This document shows, piece by piece, positions 19,364-30,063 of a DNA stretch of 64,000 bases. The stretch lies in contig CAVRVY010000004.1 in assembly GCA_963724765.1 (NCBI GenBank), positions 1,088,001 to 1,152,000 on the forward strand, in the 5' to 3' direction. The stretch is from an uncultured delta proteobacterium. Lineage in GTDB: Bacteria > Desulfobacterota > Binatia > Binatales > Binataceae. Positions within the stretch are counted from its first letter, which is position 1, and every line of letters starts with the position of its first letter. The notes under the pieces are model-generated. The model saw nothing but the letters and a program-made list of their open reading frames with translations. It was not told where the DNA came from and ran no database searches. A program made the translations under genes and the position numbers.

Positions 19364-19459
19364 CGCGCGTAATGCCTCCGATGCGTCCCGGGCGCTATGG
19401 GCGCTGTTCGACGTTGACTTGCGCTGCCTTGCAAATTTCCCGCAAATTTTCCGCGAAGC

Positions 19460-21827
19460 TCAATGCGGCCATTTCCAGTTGCGAATCTCGGGCTGGTCGA
19501 TGCCGTTGGCCAGGGCGTAGTCGAGGTTCTCGCAAATCTGGTCCTTCAGCCAGTCTTTGACGTGAGCGCCAGTGACCCGCAGCCGGGCGACGCGATCGAT
19601 CGCGTCGATGGCAAGGTTGAAGCGGTCGGTCTGGTTTTCGATTGCGAGTTGGAGCGGAGTGTTGATGCTCCCGAACTCCTTGTAGCCGCGCACGTGCAGA
19701 TTGACGTGATTCGCTCTGCGGTAGGCGAGCTTGTGAATCAGCGACGCGTATCCGTGAAAATTGAAGATGACCGGCTTGTCGATCGTGAACAGGCTGTCGA
19801 AGTCGCGGTCGGTAAGACCGTGCGGATGTTCGCTGCTCGGTTAAAGCTTGAACAGGTCCACGACATTGACGAAGCGGATTTTCAGGTCGGCGATTTTCTC
19901 CCGCAATATCGCCACCGCCGCGAGCGCCTCGATCGTCGCCACGTCGCCCGCGCTTGCGATCACCACGTCGGGCTCGGCGCCCTGGTCGTTGCTGGCCCAT
20001 GACCATAGTCCGATACCTTTGCTGCAATGTTTGATCGCGGAATCCATATCGAGAAACTGCGGATGCGCCTGCTTGTCGGCGACGATGATGTTGATGTAGT
20101 CGGTGCTGCGCAGGCAGTGATCCGCGACGCTCAAAAGGCAGTTGGCGTCGGGCGGCAGATAGATCCGCGTCACCCGAGGGCTCTTGTTGGTGACCACGTC
20201 GATGAATCCCGGGTCCTGATGCGTGAAGCCGTTATGATCCTGACGCCACACGGTGGAACTGATCAGGATATTGAGCGAGGAAACCGGCGCCCGCCATAAA
20301 ACTTCGTTTTTCGCCTTCTCCAGCCATTTGGCGTGCTGGTTCACCATCGAGTCGACGATGTGGGCGAAGGCCTCGTAGGTATTGAAGAGGACGTGGCGGC
20401 CGGTCAGCACGTAGCCTTCCATCCAGCCCTCCAGCGTGTGCTCGCTCAGCATCTCCATGACCCGGCCGTCGGGAGAGAGTTCGCCGCCGTCGGCGTCCTC
20501 GGGTTTCCTTTCGGCGAGCCAGGTTTTGCGAGAGGCCTCGTAGATCGCCTGCAACCGGTTAGACGCGGTCTCGTCGGGGCCGAAGACGCGAAAATTGTCC
20601 ATGTTGTCGCGCATCACGTCGCGCAAAAACTGGCCAAGCACGTAAGTGTTTTCGGCCGCTGATTGTCCGGGCCGCGCGACTTCGAGCCGGTAATCGCGAA
20701 AATCCGGCAAGCGCAACGGGCGGCGCAGCAAGCCGCCGTTGGCGTGCGGATTGGCACTGATGCGGCGGCTTCCGGCCGGCGCGAGGGCGCGCAGTTCGGG
20801 AATCAGCCGGCCCTTCGCGTCGAAAAGATCGTGTGGCCGGTAGCTCAGCATCCATTCCTCGAGCAGTTTAAGATGCGCGGGATTTGCAACGACGTCGGGT
20901 TATCGGCACCTGATGCGCCCGCCAGGAGCCCTCGAGCTTATGGCCGTCGAACTCTTTGGGCGCGGTCCAGCCCTTCGGGGTGCGCAGTATTATCATCGGC
21001 CAACGCGGCCGGCGCGGCACCCCGGTGCGTCGCGTCTCTTCCTGGATCGCGCGAATTTCAGCGAGACAGCGTTCCAGCGTGGACGCCATCTGTTGATGCA
21101 TCGTCGGCGGATCGTCGCCCTCGACCACGTAAGGCTTGTAGCCGTAGCCGACAAAAAGATTCTCGAGCTCGTCGGCCGGGATGCGGGCGAGGATTGTAGG
21201 GTTCGCGATCTTGTAGCCGTTGAGGTGCAGAATCGGCAGCACGGCGCCGTCGCGGATCGGATTGAGGAATTTGTTCGAGTGCCACGAGGTCGCCAGCGGG
21301 CCGGTCTCCGCCTCGCCGTCGCCCACCACCGCGGCCACGATCAGATTGGGATTGTCGAACGCGGCGCCGAAAGCGTGAGACAGGCTATAGCCGAGTTCCC
21401 CGCCCTCATGAATCGACCCCGGCGTCTCCGGGGTGCAATGACTGCCGATTCCTCCGGGAAACGAGAAGAGCCTGAAGAACGTTTTCAATCCCTCCTCGTC
21501 CTGGCTGCGATCGGGATAGACCTCCGTATAGGTTCCTTCGAGATAGCTGTTGGCGAGCATCGCAGGCGCGCCATGGCCGGGGCCTGAGATATAGAGCACG
21601 TTGAGGTCATACTCGCGGATGAGCCGGTTGAGGTGCACCCAGATGAAACTCTGGCCGGGGTCTGAGCCCCAATGACCGAGCAGGCGATGCTTGACGTGGT
21701 CGGGCCGCAGAGGCTCCTTCAGCAGCGGATTGTCGCGCAGGTAGAGCATCCCCACGGCCAGGTAGTTGCAGGCCCGCCAATACGCGTCGATCAGTTCTAT
21801 TTGCCTGGTCGAGAGACTAACGGACAT
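19460..21827 (-). pseudogene. xfp: Phosphoketolase (XFP), one frameshift plus one in-frame stop
   Basis: [39 protein letters not shown] and FNFHGY motifs. An extra G at 20897-20899 shifts the frame, and TAA at 19841-19843 falls in LFKL*PSSEHPHG where Gln is expected. Confidence 0.88.
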
Positions 21828-22164
21828 GAACGATGCTCCGGCGCATTCTGGCGGTCGCGAATGCGGGATTTCTGTATATTCAGCTTCGCCCAATCGTGCA
21901 GGGCGGGCAATACAGCACGGCGCCAACGCTCCGTAGGCGCCGGCAGGAAGAACAAAAAAGACCAGAATAAATAAAGCCTTGCGAAATCTGTCAGTGAGAA
22001 CTACGCAATTTGACCATTTGCAGATATAAATGCATTTGTATGACGCTGACAGTACGCGGCCATGACAGAGCGGTGAAAAAAGTGTCGTGTCGGGGCCTGC
22101 GGTGGAGGCTTGCCGAATCCCCTCCGACGCGTAAGCCGGGGTCTAACGACATGGTTCCGCATCC

Positions 22165-25100
22165 GTGATCGACAAGCTCAAGGCTGGCGCGCAGCGCACC
22201 TGGGCGCAGACGCTTGGCCGCGGCGGTTTCGGCGGCCGGCGTTGGATGCGCCGGACCTGCATCACCATTATCGTCGTGGTGGTGCTTTTCGGCCTCGTGG
22301 GCTTTGTCGGCGTGCCGCTGGTCGCGCAATACGTCGTGGCCGGCCGCCTGGCCGCCAGTCTCCATCGCCCCGTCAGCATGAAAAGGGTTCGCTTCAATCC
22401 TTACAGGCTGCGGCTCAGTATAAAAAACCTGCATATAGGAGATCGGGCCGCATCCGACCCCTTCGTCGACATCGGGCACATCCTGGTCAAGGTTTCGTGG
22501 ACCTCGCTGTTCCGGCTGGCGCCGGTGGTCGGTGAAGTGGCAGTCGATCGTCCTGCGATTCATATCGTTCGCACCGCCGAGCAGCGTTTCAACTTCTCCG
22601 ACCTGCTAGAGAGTTCGCCGACGCCCACGCCCAGCACACCCGCCAAGCCGCAGCGCTTCGCGGTATCCAACATTCAGATTCACGAGGGTCAGGTACACTT
22701 CGACGACAAGGTGCTGAACGAGCAGCATACGCTCGAACACCTCGAGCTCGACGTCCCTTTCATCGCCAACCTGCCGGCGGACGTGAACATCTTCGTGCAG
22801 CCGCTGCTCCAGATGGTGGTCGATGGGAGCCCGCTGCGCATCGCCGGCAAGGCCAAGCCGTTCGCCGTCCCACCGGAGTCCGTGATCGATCTCAACCTTC
22901 ATCGGCTGAGTCTCCCGCTCTATGTCGGCTACGCGCCCGAGAAGCTGCCGTTGAAGATTCCGCAGGGGACGCTTTCCTCCCAGTTGCAGGTGCATTTCGT
23001 CAACGCGGCGAGCGCTCCAAAGATCCGAGTGGGCGGAGAGTTGGCGCTCGACCAGCTTGACGTGCGCGACGCGGCCAATGCGCCGCTGGCCGGATTCAAA
23101 CATATGTCGGTGGTGCTGAAGGAAATCGAGCCGCTGGAGAGCATCACGCACCTGGGCAAAATATATCTCGACGGCCTGACGGTTCACGTGGTGCGCAACC
23201 CGGACGGCACGATCAACCTGGCCTCGCTGGCGGCAAGCAAACCCGCTCCCGCCGCGGCTGCCGCCCGGGCGACGCCGGGCCCGGCCGCGGCGAGCCTTGC
23301 GGCCGCGAAGCCGTCCGCGACGCTCAATCCCACGGCCGCGAAAATGGCCGCCGCGGCAACAACTCCGGCCGCCAGCCCGACGCCCGCGGCGAACATCGCG
23401 CAGCTAACCGCGAACGCTCCCCCCGCGGCCGCGCAGAGGCCGCAACCGGCGGCCACGGCCAAGCCGTCCGCTCACGCCGATTTTTCGATGGACGTGCTGG
23501 AGCTGACCAACGGCGCGGTGGAGATTACCGACAACAGCGCTGCGCCGCCGGCGGCGCTCGCGCTGCGCGGCCTGCACGTCGGGCTGAAGGACCTGCGGAC
23601 GGTCGGCCAGAAGGCGCCGGCGCCTTTTGAGCTGGGCACGACGCTTGGCGGCGGCGGCTCGATCGCGGTCAAGGGAGCGCTCGACCTCGCGCATTCGCAG
23701 GCGACTACGGATATCACGCTCGACGCGATCGACATCCCGGCGCTACAGGGATTCGCCGAGCCGTTTATGGCGGCCACCGTCGCCTCCGGCAAGCTGACCG
23801 CGCATGCCAATGTCCAGACCCTCTTCGCCACCGGACGGTTCAACATACATGCGGCGCCCGCGAGCATCTCATTCGACAAGTTCGAGTTGCGCGCGCAGCA
23901 CGAGAGCGTAAATCCGATCGGATGGAACAAGCTGAGCGCGTCGATTGGACAGGTCGATCTCGCTACGCATCAGGCGACGGTCACCGAAGTGCGCTCCGAC
24001 GGACTGCATGTGTTCGTCCGGCGCGAGCGCAACGGCCAGTTGAGCCTCGCCTCGCTGATGCGCAGGGCCGCCTCGCCTGAGGCGGCGCCGGCCGCCGTCG
24101 CGCCCCCCGCGCGCGGACGCGCCGCGGCGCGACAGCAGCAGAAAACAACGGCCGAGAAAAAGCCGGCAACGCGCGAGCAGCGCGCGGCCGCGGCGCGCGA
24201 GCGCCGCAGGACCGGCCGGAGTAGTAAGACCGCTGCGCGCGCTCCCGCAGCCGCGCCGACACCATCGCCCGGTCAATGGCGCTACCAGGTCGCCTCCGTA
24301 GCGATCGAAAAAACTGAAATCCGGGTCGAGGACGACATGATGCCGCGGAAGGTCGCGATGGCCGTTGTGCCGCTCAACCTTCATCTGAAAAACGTGTCGA
24401 ACGATCTCGCCAAACCGATCACGGTCGACCTCGACGGCATCCTCAACCGCAAGGGCAGCTTCAAGGTGACGGGCACGGCCGCGCCAACGCCGCTCAAACT
24501 GAATCTTCGTGTCGTCACCCGCCGCCTCGATCTCGCGCCGTTCGATCCCTACTTCACCAGCCATCTCAACACCAAGATCGCCAGCGCCGCCCTGACCATG
24601 AACGGCGCGGTCGGGGTATCCAACGAACGCAAGGTGATGCGCGTGAGCTACCGCGGCGATGCCGCACTCGGCAGCGTCAAGATGCTCGACAAGGTGACCA
24701 ACGACAGCTTTTTGCGTTGGAACTCGTTCAGTGCGAACGGAATCAATTTCAGCCTGGGCTCGGGCCCGCCAAAGGTCCATGTCGCGTCCCTCGATCTCGG
24801 CAACTTCTACGCGCGCGTCATTCTCAATGCCGACGGCCGCCTGAACCTGCGCGACGTTACGGCGAATCCGGAAGCGGCGCGGACCTCGCTCACGCGCGCG
24901 CATGGAGCGCCGGGCGCTACGGCGCCGGCGCCTGCGCTCGCACCAGCACCATCAGCGACACCCACGCCAAGTCCTTCATTAAGTCCGGCCACCGCGAGCA
25001 ACGAGGCGGGCGCAACCGCACCGACGGCTGGGGCAAGTCCGGCCGCAGCGCCGAGTCCGGCTCCGCTTCCGGCCGACCTCAGAATTGGGCGGATTACGCT

Positions 25101-26268
25101 TCACGGCGGACAGGTCAACTACACCGACAACTTCATCAAGCCCAACTATTCGGCCGACCTCAGCCAAATGAGTGGGAAGGTAGGAACGTTCGGCACCAGC
25201 TCGACGACACCGGCCGACGTCGAACTCGACGGACAGGTTAACGGCAACGCGCCGCTGACAATCAGCGGATCGGTCAATCCGCTCACCCCGTTGGCGTTCG
25301 TCGACATCAAGGCCAAGGCCGAGAACGTGGAGTTGACCGACCTCTCGGCCTACTCGACCAAATATACCGGCTACCCGATAACCAAGGGCACGCTGACGGT
25401 CGACGTGCATTACCTGCTCGACCAGCAAAAGCTCACCGCCGAGAACCACATCTTCATCGACCAACTGACCTTTGGCGACAAGGTGGAAAGTCCCAACGCG
25501 CTCAATCTGCCGATCCGCCTCGCGGTCGCGCTGCTCAAGAACTCCCAGGGCCAGATCGATCTGCATCTTCCGGTGTCCGGCTCGCTGTCCGATCCGCAAT
25601 TCAGCGTCGGCGGGATCGTGCTGCACGCGATCGTGGGCCTGATCATGCGGGCGGTGACTTCGCCCTTCAGCCTGATCGCGGCGGCCGTCGGCGGCAGCAG
25701 CGGGAACGGCGAGGATCTGAACTACGTCGTGTTCTCACCCGGCTGGGCAAGCATAACCCCGGCCGCCAGGAGCAAGCTCGACACGGTCGCCAAGGCCTTG
25801 CAAGCCCGGCCCGCGCTGACGCTTGACATCTGCGGACGGGTCGATCCGAAGTTCGATCGCGCGGGCCTGCCTGAGGCGCTGGTCGCGCAAAGCGTCGCCA
25901 AGCAGAAGTTGCTGGACAACGACCAGAATCCGGCCGAGGTGGACCTGGAGACCGTCCAGATCACGCCGGATGAGTACAACAAGTACTTAAAGCGCGCCTA
26001 CAAGGCGGCGAACTTCGACAAGCCTCGCGATCTCCTCGGGCTTAACAAATCGCTACCGCCCGACGAGATGAAAAAACTGATGATCGCCAACACCAAGGTC
26101 ACCGACGCCGACCTCAAGCAGCTTGCCGAAGCTCGCGCCAAGGCGGTTCGCAAGGCGCTCAGCGCGAAGATCGCACCGGCGCGGCTGGTCGTGGCCGCGC
26201 CCAAGCTCAACGCCGACGGCATCAAGGATAGCGGCAAGACCACGCGCGCCGATCTTTCACTCCAGTGA
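22165..26268 (+). CDS. DUF748-repeat (AsmA-like) envelope protein with C-terminal OmpA-like region
   Basis: N-terminal TM, repeated FNPY/FNFSDLL/GTINL/GQLSL/GRLNL units, LAVALLKNSQGQIDLHLPVSGSLSDPQFS and LAEARAKAV, with Ala/Pro-rich linkers. Confidence 0.85.
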   Translation: MIDKLKAGAQRTWAQTLGRGGFGGRRWMRRTCITIIVVVVLFGLVGFVGVPLVAQYVVAGRLAASLHRPVSMKRVRFNPYRLRLSIKNLHIGDRAASDPFVDIGHILVKVSWTSLFRLAPVVGEVAVDRPAIHIVRTAEQRFNFSDLLESSPTPTPSTPAKPQRFAVSNIQIHEGQVHFDDKVLNEQHTLEHLELDVPFIANLPADVNIFVQPLLQMVVDGSPLRIAGKAKPFAVPPESVIDLNLHRLSLPLYVGYAPEKLPLKIPQGTLSSQLQVHFVNAASAPKIRVGGELALDQLDVRDAANAPLAGFKHMSVVLKEIEPLESITHLGKIYLDGLTVHVVRNPDGTINLASLAASKPAPAAAAARATPGPAAASLAAAKPSATLNPTAAKMAAAATTPAASPTPAANIAQLTANAPPAAAQRPQPAATAKPSAHADFSMDVLELTNGAVEITDNSAAPPAALALRGLHVGLKDLRTVGQKAPAPFELGTTLGGGGSIAVKGALDLAHSQATTDITLDAIDIPALQGFAEPFMAATVASGKLTAHANVQTLFATGRFNIHAAPASISFDKFELRAQHESVNPIGWNKLSASIGQVDLATHQATVTEVRSDGLHVFVRRERNGQLSLASLMRRAASPEAAPAAVAPPARGRAAARQQQKTTAEKKPATREQRAAAARERRRTGRSSKTAARAPAAAPTPSPGQWRYQVASVAIEKTEIRVEDDMMPRKVAMAVVPLNLHLKNVSNDLAKPITVDLDGILNRKGSFKVTGTAAPTPLKLNLRVVTRRLDLAPFDPYFTSHLNTKIASAALTMNGAVGVSNERKVMRVSYRGDAALGSVKMLDKVTNDSFLRWNSFSANGINFSLGSGPPKVHVASLDLGNFYARVILNADGRLNLRDVTANPEAARTSLTRAHGAPGATAPAPALAPAPSATPTPSPSLSPATASNEAGATAPTAGASPAAAPSPAPLPADLRIGRITLHGGQVNYTDNFIKPNYSADLSQMSGKVGTFGTSSTTPADVELDGQVNGNAPLTISGSVNPLTPLAFVDIKAKAENVELTDLSAYSTKYTGYPITKGTLTVDVHYLLDQQKLTAENHIFIDQLTFGDKVESPNALNLPIRLAVALLKNSQGQIDLHLPVSGSLSDPQFSVGGIVLHAIVGLIMRAVTSPFSLIAAAVGGSSGNGEDLNYVVFSPGWASITPAARSKLDTVAKALQARPALTLDICGRVDPKFDRAGLPEALVAQSVAKQKLLDNDQNPAEVDLETVQITPDEYNKYLKRAYKAANFDKPRDLLGLNKSLPPDEMKKLMIANTKVTDADLKQLAEARAKAVRKALSAKIAPARLVVAAPKLNADGIKDSGKTTRADLSLQ

Positions 26269-26360
26269 GCGAGCGAAACACATCGCAACGTGGCGGCATA
26301 GATTGCGGGACTATAGCCGGATGGCGATCTGAATAACGAGAGCGATTGAACTGCGGCGCA

Positions 26361-26759
26361 TCACCCGCTGTTCGTTTCAGCCTGTGCGGTTGGACTTTTC
26401 ATTCCCGTACGGGCGACCAGAGCGCAGATGAGGGCAACGACACCGGCGATAGCGAAACACTCCCACCATTGCAGCCATATATGGAGCAACAGGATAAGAG
26501 CCGCCAATAAACAGGCGCCCGCGATAACTCCCGCGCAGACCATCACCAGCCCAGCGATCGCGCGGTCGGCCATCGCCACCAGGGCCGGAGCAATCCTGGC
26601 CTCCACTAGCTGGAGTTCCAGTTGTATGACGCGCGAGAGGTCCTCAAGCATCCGTCCCAGCAGCGTCGTCCATTCCGCCGCCGTAGCGGAGCCATTAGCG
26701 GCCGTACTACGTTGATATTGTCGTGTCGCGGTTCCGGGATCCATCGTTCCATACCTCAC
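26361..26759 (-). CDS. YqjE/phage-holin-3-like membrane protein
   Basis: LEDLSRVIQLELQLVEARI followed by two TMs. Located in an ElaB-type cluster. Confidence 0.7.
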   Translation of the reverse strand: MRYGTMDPGTATRQYQRSTAANGSATAAEWTTLLGRMLEDLSRVIQLELQLVEARIAPALVAMADRAIAGLVMVCAGVIAGACLLAALILLLHIWLQWWECFAIAGVVALICALVARTGMKSPTAQAETNSG

Positions 26760-27006
26760 TCAGCGCCGCTCCGAGCAGTCCGCCCAGGATCAGGATTGTC
26801 AGCGGTCCATTGCCGCGATTGCCCGCCGCGAAACCGAGCGCGCCGGCGATGCATGTCGACAACAATGGGTGGCACTCCACCAGATACACTGGCTGAAGCT
26901 GCGTACTGACGGTTTCAACCTTCCGATTGACCTCAGTTACGGTTTGATGGAGATTTTGCCGCGCCTCTTCCAGTTCGTCTTTGATCCGATCGATGTTGTC
27001 TTCCAT
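26707..27006 (-). CDS. DUF3618-like small protein
   Basis: IDRIKDELEEARQNLHQTV...HPLLS...AGALGF. Confidence 0.6.
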   Translation of the reverse strand: MEDNIDRIKDELEEARQNLHQTVTEVNRKVETVSTQLQPVYLVECHPLLSTCIAGALGFAAGNRGNGPLTILILGGLLGAALSEVWNDGSRNRDTTIST

Positions 27007-27229
27007 TTTGTTCAGATAGAGCCTCGATCGCGTTCACTACCGCCGTACCGGCGAAACTCCGTCCGATAAACAGTCCCAGTGCGAGGCCCAGGCGGCTGCG
27101 TAATCCGCCGCCGAACAAAAACCCAGCCCCCGCAGAGAGCGTCAGGGCGCGCAACGGCCGCCGCCGGACGCTCGATGCCAGCCGCTCGAGTTCGCTCGAA
27201 GTGGGTTCCGATCTAGCTGTTGAACTCAT
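26933..27229 (-). CDS. Small membrane protein (ElaB C-terminal-like, RRRPL...AGAGFLFG)
   Basis: Gly-rich TM and position within the cluster. Confidence 0.55.
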   Translation of the reverse strand: MSSTARSEPTSSELERLASSVRRRPLRALTLSAGAGFLFGGGLRSRLGLALGLFIGRSFAGTAVVNAIEALSEQNGRQHRSDQRRTGRGAAKSPSNRN

Positions 27230-27245
27230 CTCGCATGGCCCGCGG

Positions 27246-27491
27246 CTATAAGGAAATCTGTCTTAGGGCTTTCGCCGCGACGTAACCGATTACAAATGCT
27301 CCCGCCAACGCGAGCCAGGGCTGGCGTTGAACGAACTCGGCCATGCCATCCGACACCTCGCCCGCGTAATCCATTCCTTTGGATACATACTCGCGTGCAT
27401 TCTCGTATCCCTCGCGCCCCATATCTTTGGCGGCGTCCATAGTATCGTTCATAGCTGAAGCGGCTTCCTTGGTTAGGTTGTCCTTGTCCAT
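27246..27491 (-). CDS. DUF883/ElaB/YqjD-like tail-anchored protein
   Basis: FVQRQPWLALAGAFVIGYVAA C-terminus and RBS GAGGAG. Confidence 0.78.
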   Translation of the reverse strand: MDKDNLTKEAASAMNDTMDAAKDMGREGYENAREYVSKGMDYAGEVSDGMAEFVQRQPWLALAGAFVIGYVAAKALRQISL

Positions 27492-27647
27492 TTTTGATCT
27501 TCTCCTCAACTTTCACGAAGGGTCGGATGCTTTTCGGCTGTCATCCACCCCGGTTTGCTGACTGTTTTGTGTTCGCACCACGAGTCGAGGCCACCGAAAT
27601 TCGTTCGCGTAGGCGGCTTCAAGCTCGCGCAGACGGCTTCAAGATGG

Positions 27648-27806
27648 TCAAACGGGCCTTCGCATTACCATGCTCACGATAAACAGGATGATGAAGATTA
27701 CGAAGAGGATTCTCGCCATATCCGACGCGGTTCCGGCGATGCCACCGAATCCGAGCACGCCAGCAACGATTGCAATCACGAGACAAACAATTGCCCAATA
27801 CAACAT
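27648..27806 (-). CDS. DUF1328 (UPF0391/YtjA-like) 52-aa membrane protein, absent from the ORF track
   Basis: Translated by hand: [60 protein letters not shown]. Confidence 0.9.
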   Translation of the reverse strand: MLYWAIVCLVIAIVAGVLGFGGIAGTASDMARILFVIFIILFIVSMVMRRPV

Positions 27807-27925
27807 GTTTCTCTTTCCTCCAGCTTGTTGGCCTCAAGTGAGAAAAAGAGGCCATGCCGCCGCGAGTGAATCTCACTCGGCCGGCCGGGTTTATCCAGCC
27901 TGCTTGCGGGTACGCCTGACCGTGG

Positions 27926-27941
27926 AGCAAGGCATGTGCCG
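27926..27941 (-). promoter_or_regulatory. Candidate sigma54 -24/-12 promoter for the DUF1328-ElaB cluster
   Basis: Minus strand CGGCACATGCCTTGCT (GG-N10-GC), 120 bp upstream of the DUF1328 ATG. Confidence 0.7.
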
Positions 27942-28255
27942 GTGCGGGATCTGAAGCTTAACTTCGCGGCAACCAGCTACCGAAACCAAACCAGCACAAG
28001 AGTTTTCTCGATGCTGGCAGGCGTTTTTGTCAACTGCTCGTCCGGGCCCCAGTGGAGTCCCTTTTTTGCCGGAGATGAACAAATTGCAAACCGTCCTTGC
28101 AACGCAATATCAGTTTTTCAGCGCTTTCCTGGATGGCCTTCGTCTTGCTGAGTTCTTTGGACATAGCGGCGTGGCCGCATACTAATTTCAGATCTCCCAG
28201 CTCTGGGGGATATGAAGCACGAGGCGAGATAATCGTTAGATTCGAAGGAGGTCGT

Positions 28256-28684
28256 ATGAAAAAAGCATTTGGGTTGAATTTTGCGTTGATGATTGTGGCG
28301 GCGCTGGTGCTGGGGATGGTTGTGATTGCCCCGGTTTTTGCACAGGAAGACAATGGATCCACCAGTCAATCGATGCATCGGGCGGGAGACTCTGCTGAAA
28401 ACGCGGCATCGGATACAGGCCAGGCGGTTAAGCACGCGTATCACGGTACGGTGACTGCGGTGTCGGATACCACGATCACCGCGAAGGTCAAAACTGCCTT
28501 GCATGAAAACAAGATCACCAAGGGCGCTGACATTCACGTCACGACGGTTGCAGGCGTCGTAACGCTCAAGGGCTCGGTGCCGGCCGCCGACACTTCGAAA
28601 ACCGCGCAAGATGTCGCGCGACAGACCAGTGGTGTCAAAGAGGTGAGGAACGAGTTGGTGATGGCGCCCACGGCAACGCGATAG
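28256..28684 (+). CDS. BON-domain (OsmY-like) periplasmic protein
   Basis: Signal peptide, SDTTITAKVKTAL...IHVTTVAGVVTLKG...GVKEVRNEL, RBS AAGGAGG. Confidence 0.9.
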   Translation: MKKAFGLNFALMIVAALVLGMVVIAPVFAQEDNGSTSQSMHRAGDSAENAASDTGQAVKHAYHGTVTAVSDTTITAKVKTALHENKITKGADIHVTTVAGVVTLKGSVPAADTSKTAQDVARQTSGVKEVRNELVMAPTATR

Positions 28685-28716
28685 CGGAAGAGAAAAATCG
28701 CGATCTCATTTTGTCT

Positions 28717-28760
28717 TGGCGGGTATGAGCCTTGGTCGGCTCGTACCCGCCATTGTTTTT
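28717..28760 (+). terminator. Intrinsic terminator after the BON gene
   Basis: TGGCGGGTATGAGCC-TTGGTC-GGCTCGTACCCGCCA stem followed by TTGTTTTT. Confidence 0.8.
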
Positions 28761-29137
28761 GTAATATTTAGCTTCAGCATTCCATTAACCTCAACATTCC
28801 ATCGAGTAGACGCCAAGCAGTAACAAGCCTCATCAGCAATTAACCATCGGCTGAAGATGCATCTGGGATCAGCAGGATGTGCAGGCAGACTTCACTAAAC
28901 GTCTAGAAAGCGACGTGAATGGCTTCCGCCACTGGAGGCGAAGTTCAGATATCGGCGCGCGAGATGTTCCACTTCGGCCGCAGAAATTACTGCGGCCGTG
29001 GCTTGGTTTATGCGCAAAGAGTCTGAGGATTTTCCGATCTGACTCGACGGGAAATTGTTACTCCAAGTACCAGTAACGTTTACCGAACAGTTCGTCACCA
29101 ATCACGGAAAACATTGGCGATTCCGTGCAATACGCAG

Positions 29138-29153
29138 CGGCATGAGCTTTGCC
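29138..29153 (+). promoter_or_regulatory. Candidate sigma54 -24/-12 promoter of the EPS operon
   Basis: CGGCATGAGCTTTGCC (GG-N10-GC), 44 bp before the wza ATG. Confidence 0.6.
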
Positions 29154-29196
29154 TTCCGTAAACCACGACCGCCGCGAATGGGACAAAAAGAGCGCC

Positions 29197-30036
29197 ATGA
29201 AGAAATCACGACTTATTTGCTGCAACGCCGACACGCCGCGTGACAACGCGCGGCCTCAGCATGGATCACGCTCAACGCTGGGGCTGCTGAAGGTATCGCT
29301 CGGCGCCGCGCTGTGCGCTCTCGCGCTTTACGGATGCTCCGCATCAGCCTCGTCCTCTTCGCGCGGGGACACTGCGGCGGTCGCTCAACCTCAAGCCCCG
29401 AACCTATCGCCGGAGCAGTGCCTCAATGGGTCCGTAATTCAAACGTCGAACGATCAGCAAAACTATCACATACAGCCCGGCGATCAGTTGGCGATCAACT
29501 TCTATTTAAATCCCGAATTCAACGATCAGGTCCCGGTGAATCCCGATGGCAAGATAACCATGCGTCTGATCGGGGCGATAGATGCTGCCGGGATGACGCC
29601 GTCCGAACTGGCCGGCCAAATCGACAAGGACTACCTGAGCGAGCTGCGTTCGCCCGACGCCGCGGTCATCGTGAAGAACATGCCCGGTCGCCAGATCTAT
29701 GTCCAAGGTCAAGTCAATCGTCCAGGCGCATTTCCCCTGGCGCCAGGGATGACCGCATTGCAAGCGCTGGCGGACGCCGGCGGGGTCACGCCCGACGCTG
29801 CCGACAACAACGTGGTGCTAATCCGGCGTGACGCGTGCGGCCGTCCCACGGGTGAAAAGCTCGACTTGGCCAGCGCGGCTGACAATCCGGGCAAGGGTGA
29901 GGACGCGGCGCTGATGCCCTACGACGTGCTGGTGGTGCCGCGCAGCCGTATCGCGAATATGGATCTGTTCGTAAAGCAATACATTCGTGACCTGCTGCCA
30001 GTCCAACCTTATCTGTCGATGACCCCCGGGCTGTAA
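29197..30036 (+). CDS. wza: Polysaccharide export lipoprotein (Wza/OPX)
   Basis: Lipobox LYG|C, YHIQPGDQL, VNPDGKI, IYVQGQVNRPG (SLBB) and PYDVLVVP. Confidence 0.9.
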   Translation: MKKSRLICCNADTPRDNARPQHGSRSTLGLLKVSLGAALCALALYGCSASASSSSRGDTAAVAQPQAPNLSPEQCLNGSVIQTSNDQQNYHIQPGDQLAINFYLNPEFNDQVPVNPDGKITMRLIGAIDAAGMTPSELAGQIDKDYLSELRSPDAAVIVKNMPGRQIYVQGQVNRPGAFPLAPGMTALQALADAGGVTPDAADNNVVLIRRDACGRPTGEKLDLASAADNPGKGEDAALMPYDVLVVPRSRIANMDLFVKQYIRDLLPVQPYLSMTPGL

Positions 30037-30063
30037 CCCGGTTCGCGGAGGATTCGGACCACC

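Noticed and set aside
22089-22165. c-di-GMP-I (GEMM) riboswitch-like fragment GACGCGTAAGCCGGGGTCTAA before the DUF748 gene
   Set aside because: It lacks the GCAAA/GNRA P2 signature and a clear P1/P3 closure. Only an Infernal scan with the c-di-GMP-I model could rescue it.
26361-26759. Holin-like gene as evidence of a prophage
   Set aside because: The context is the YqjE/ElaB stress cluster, and no phage genes occur nearby.
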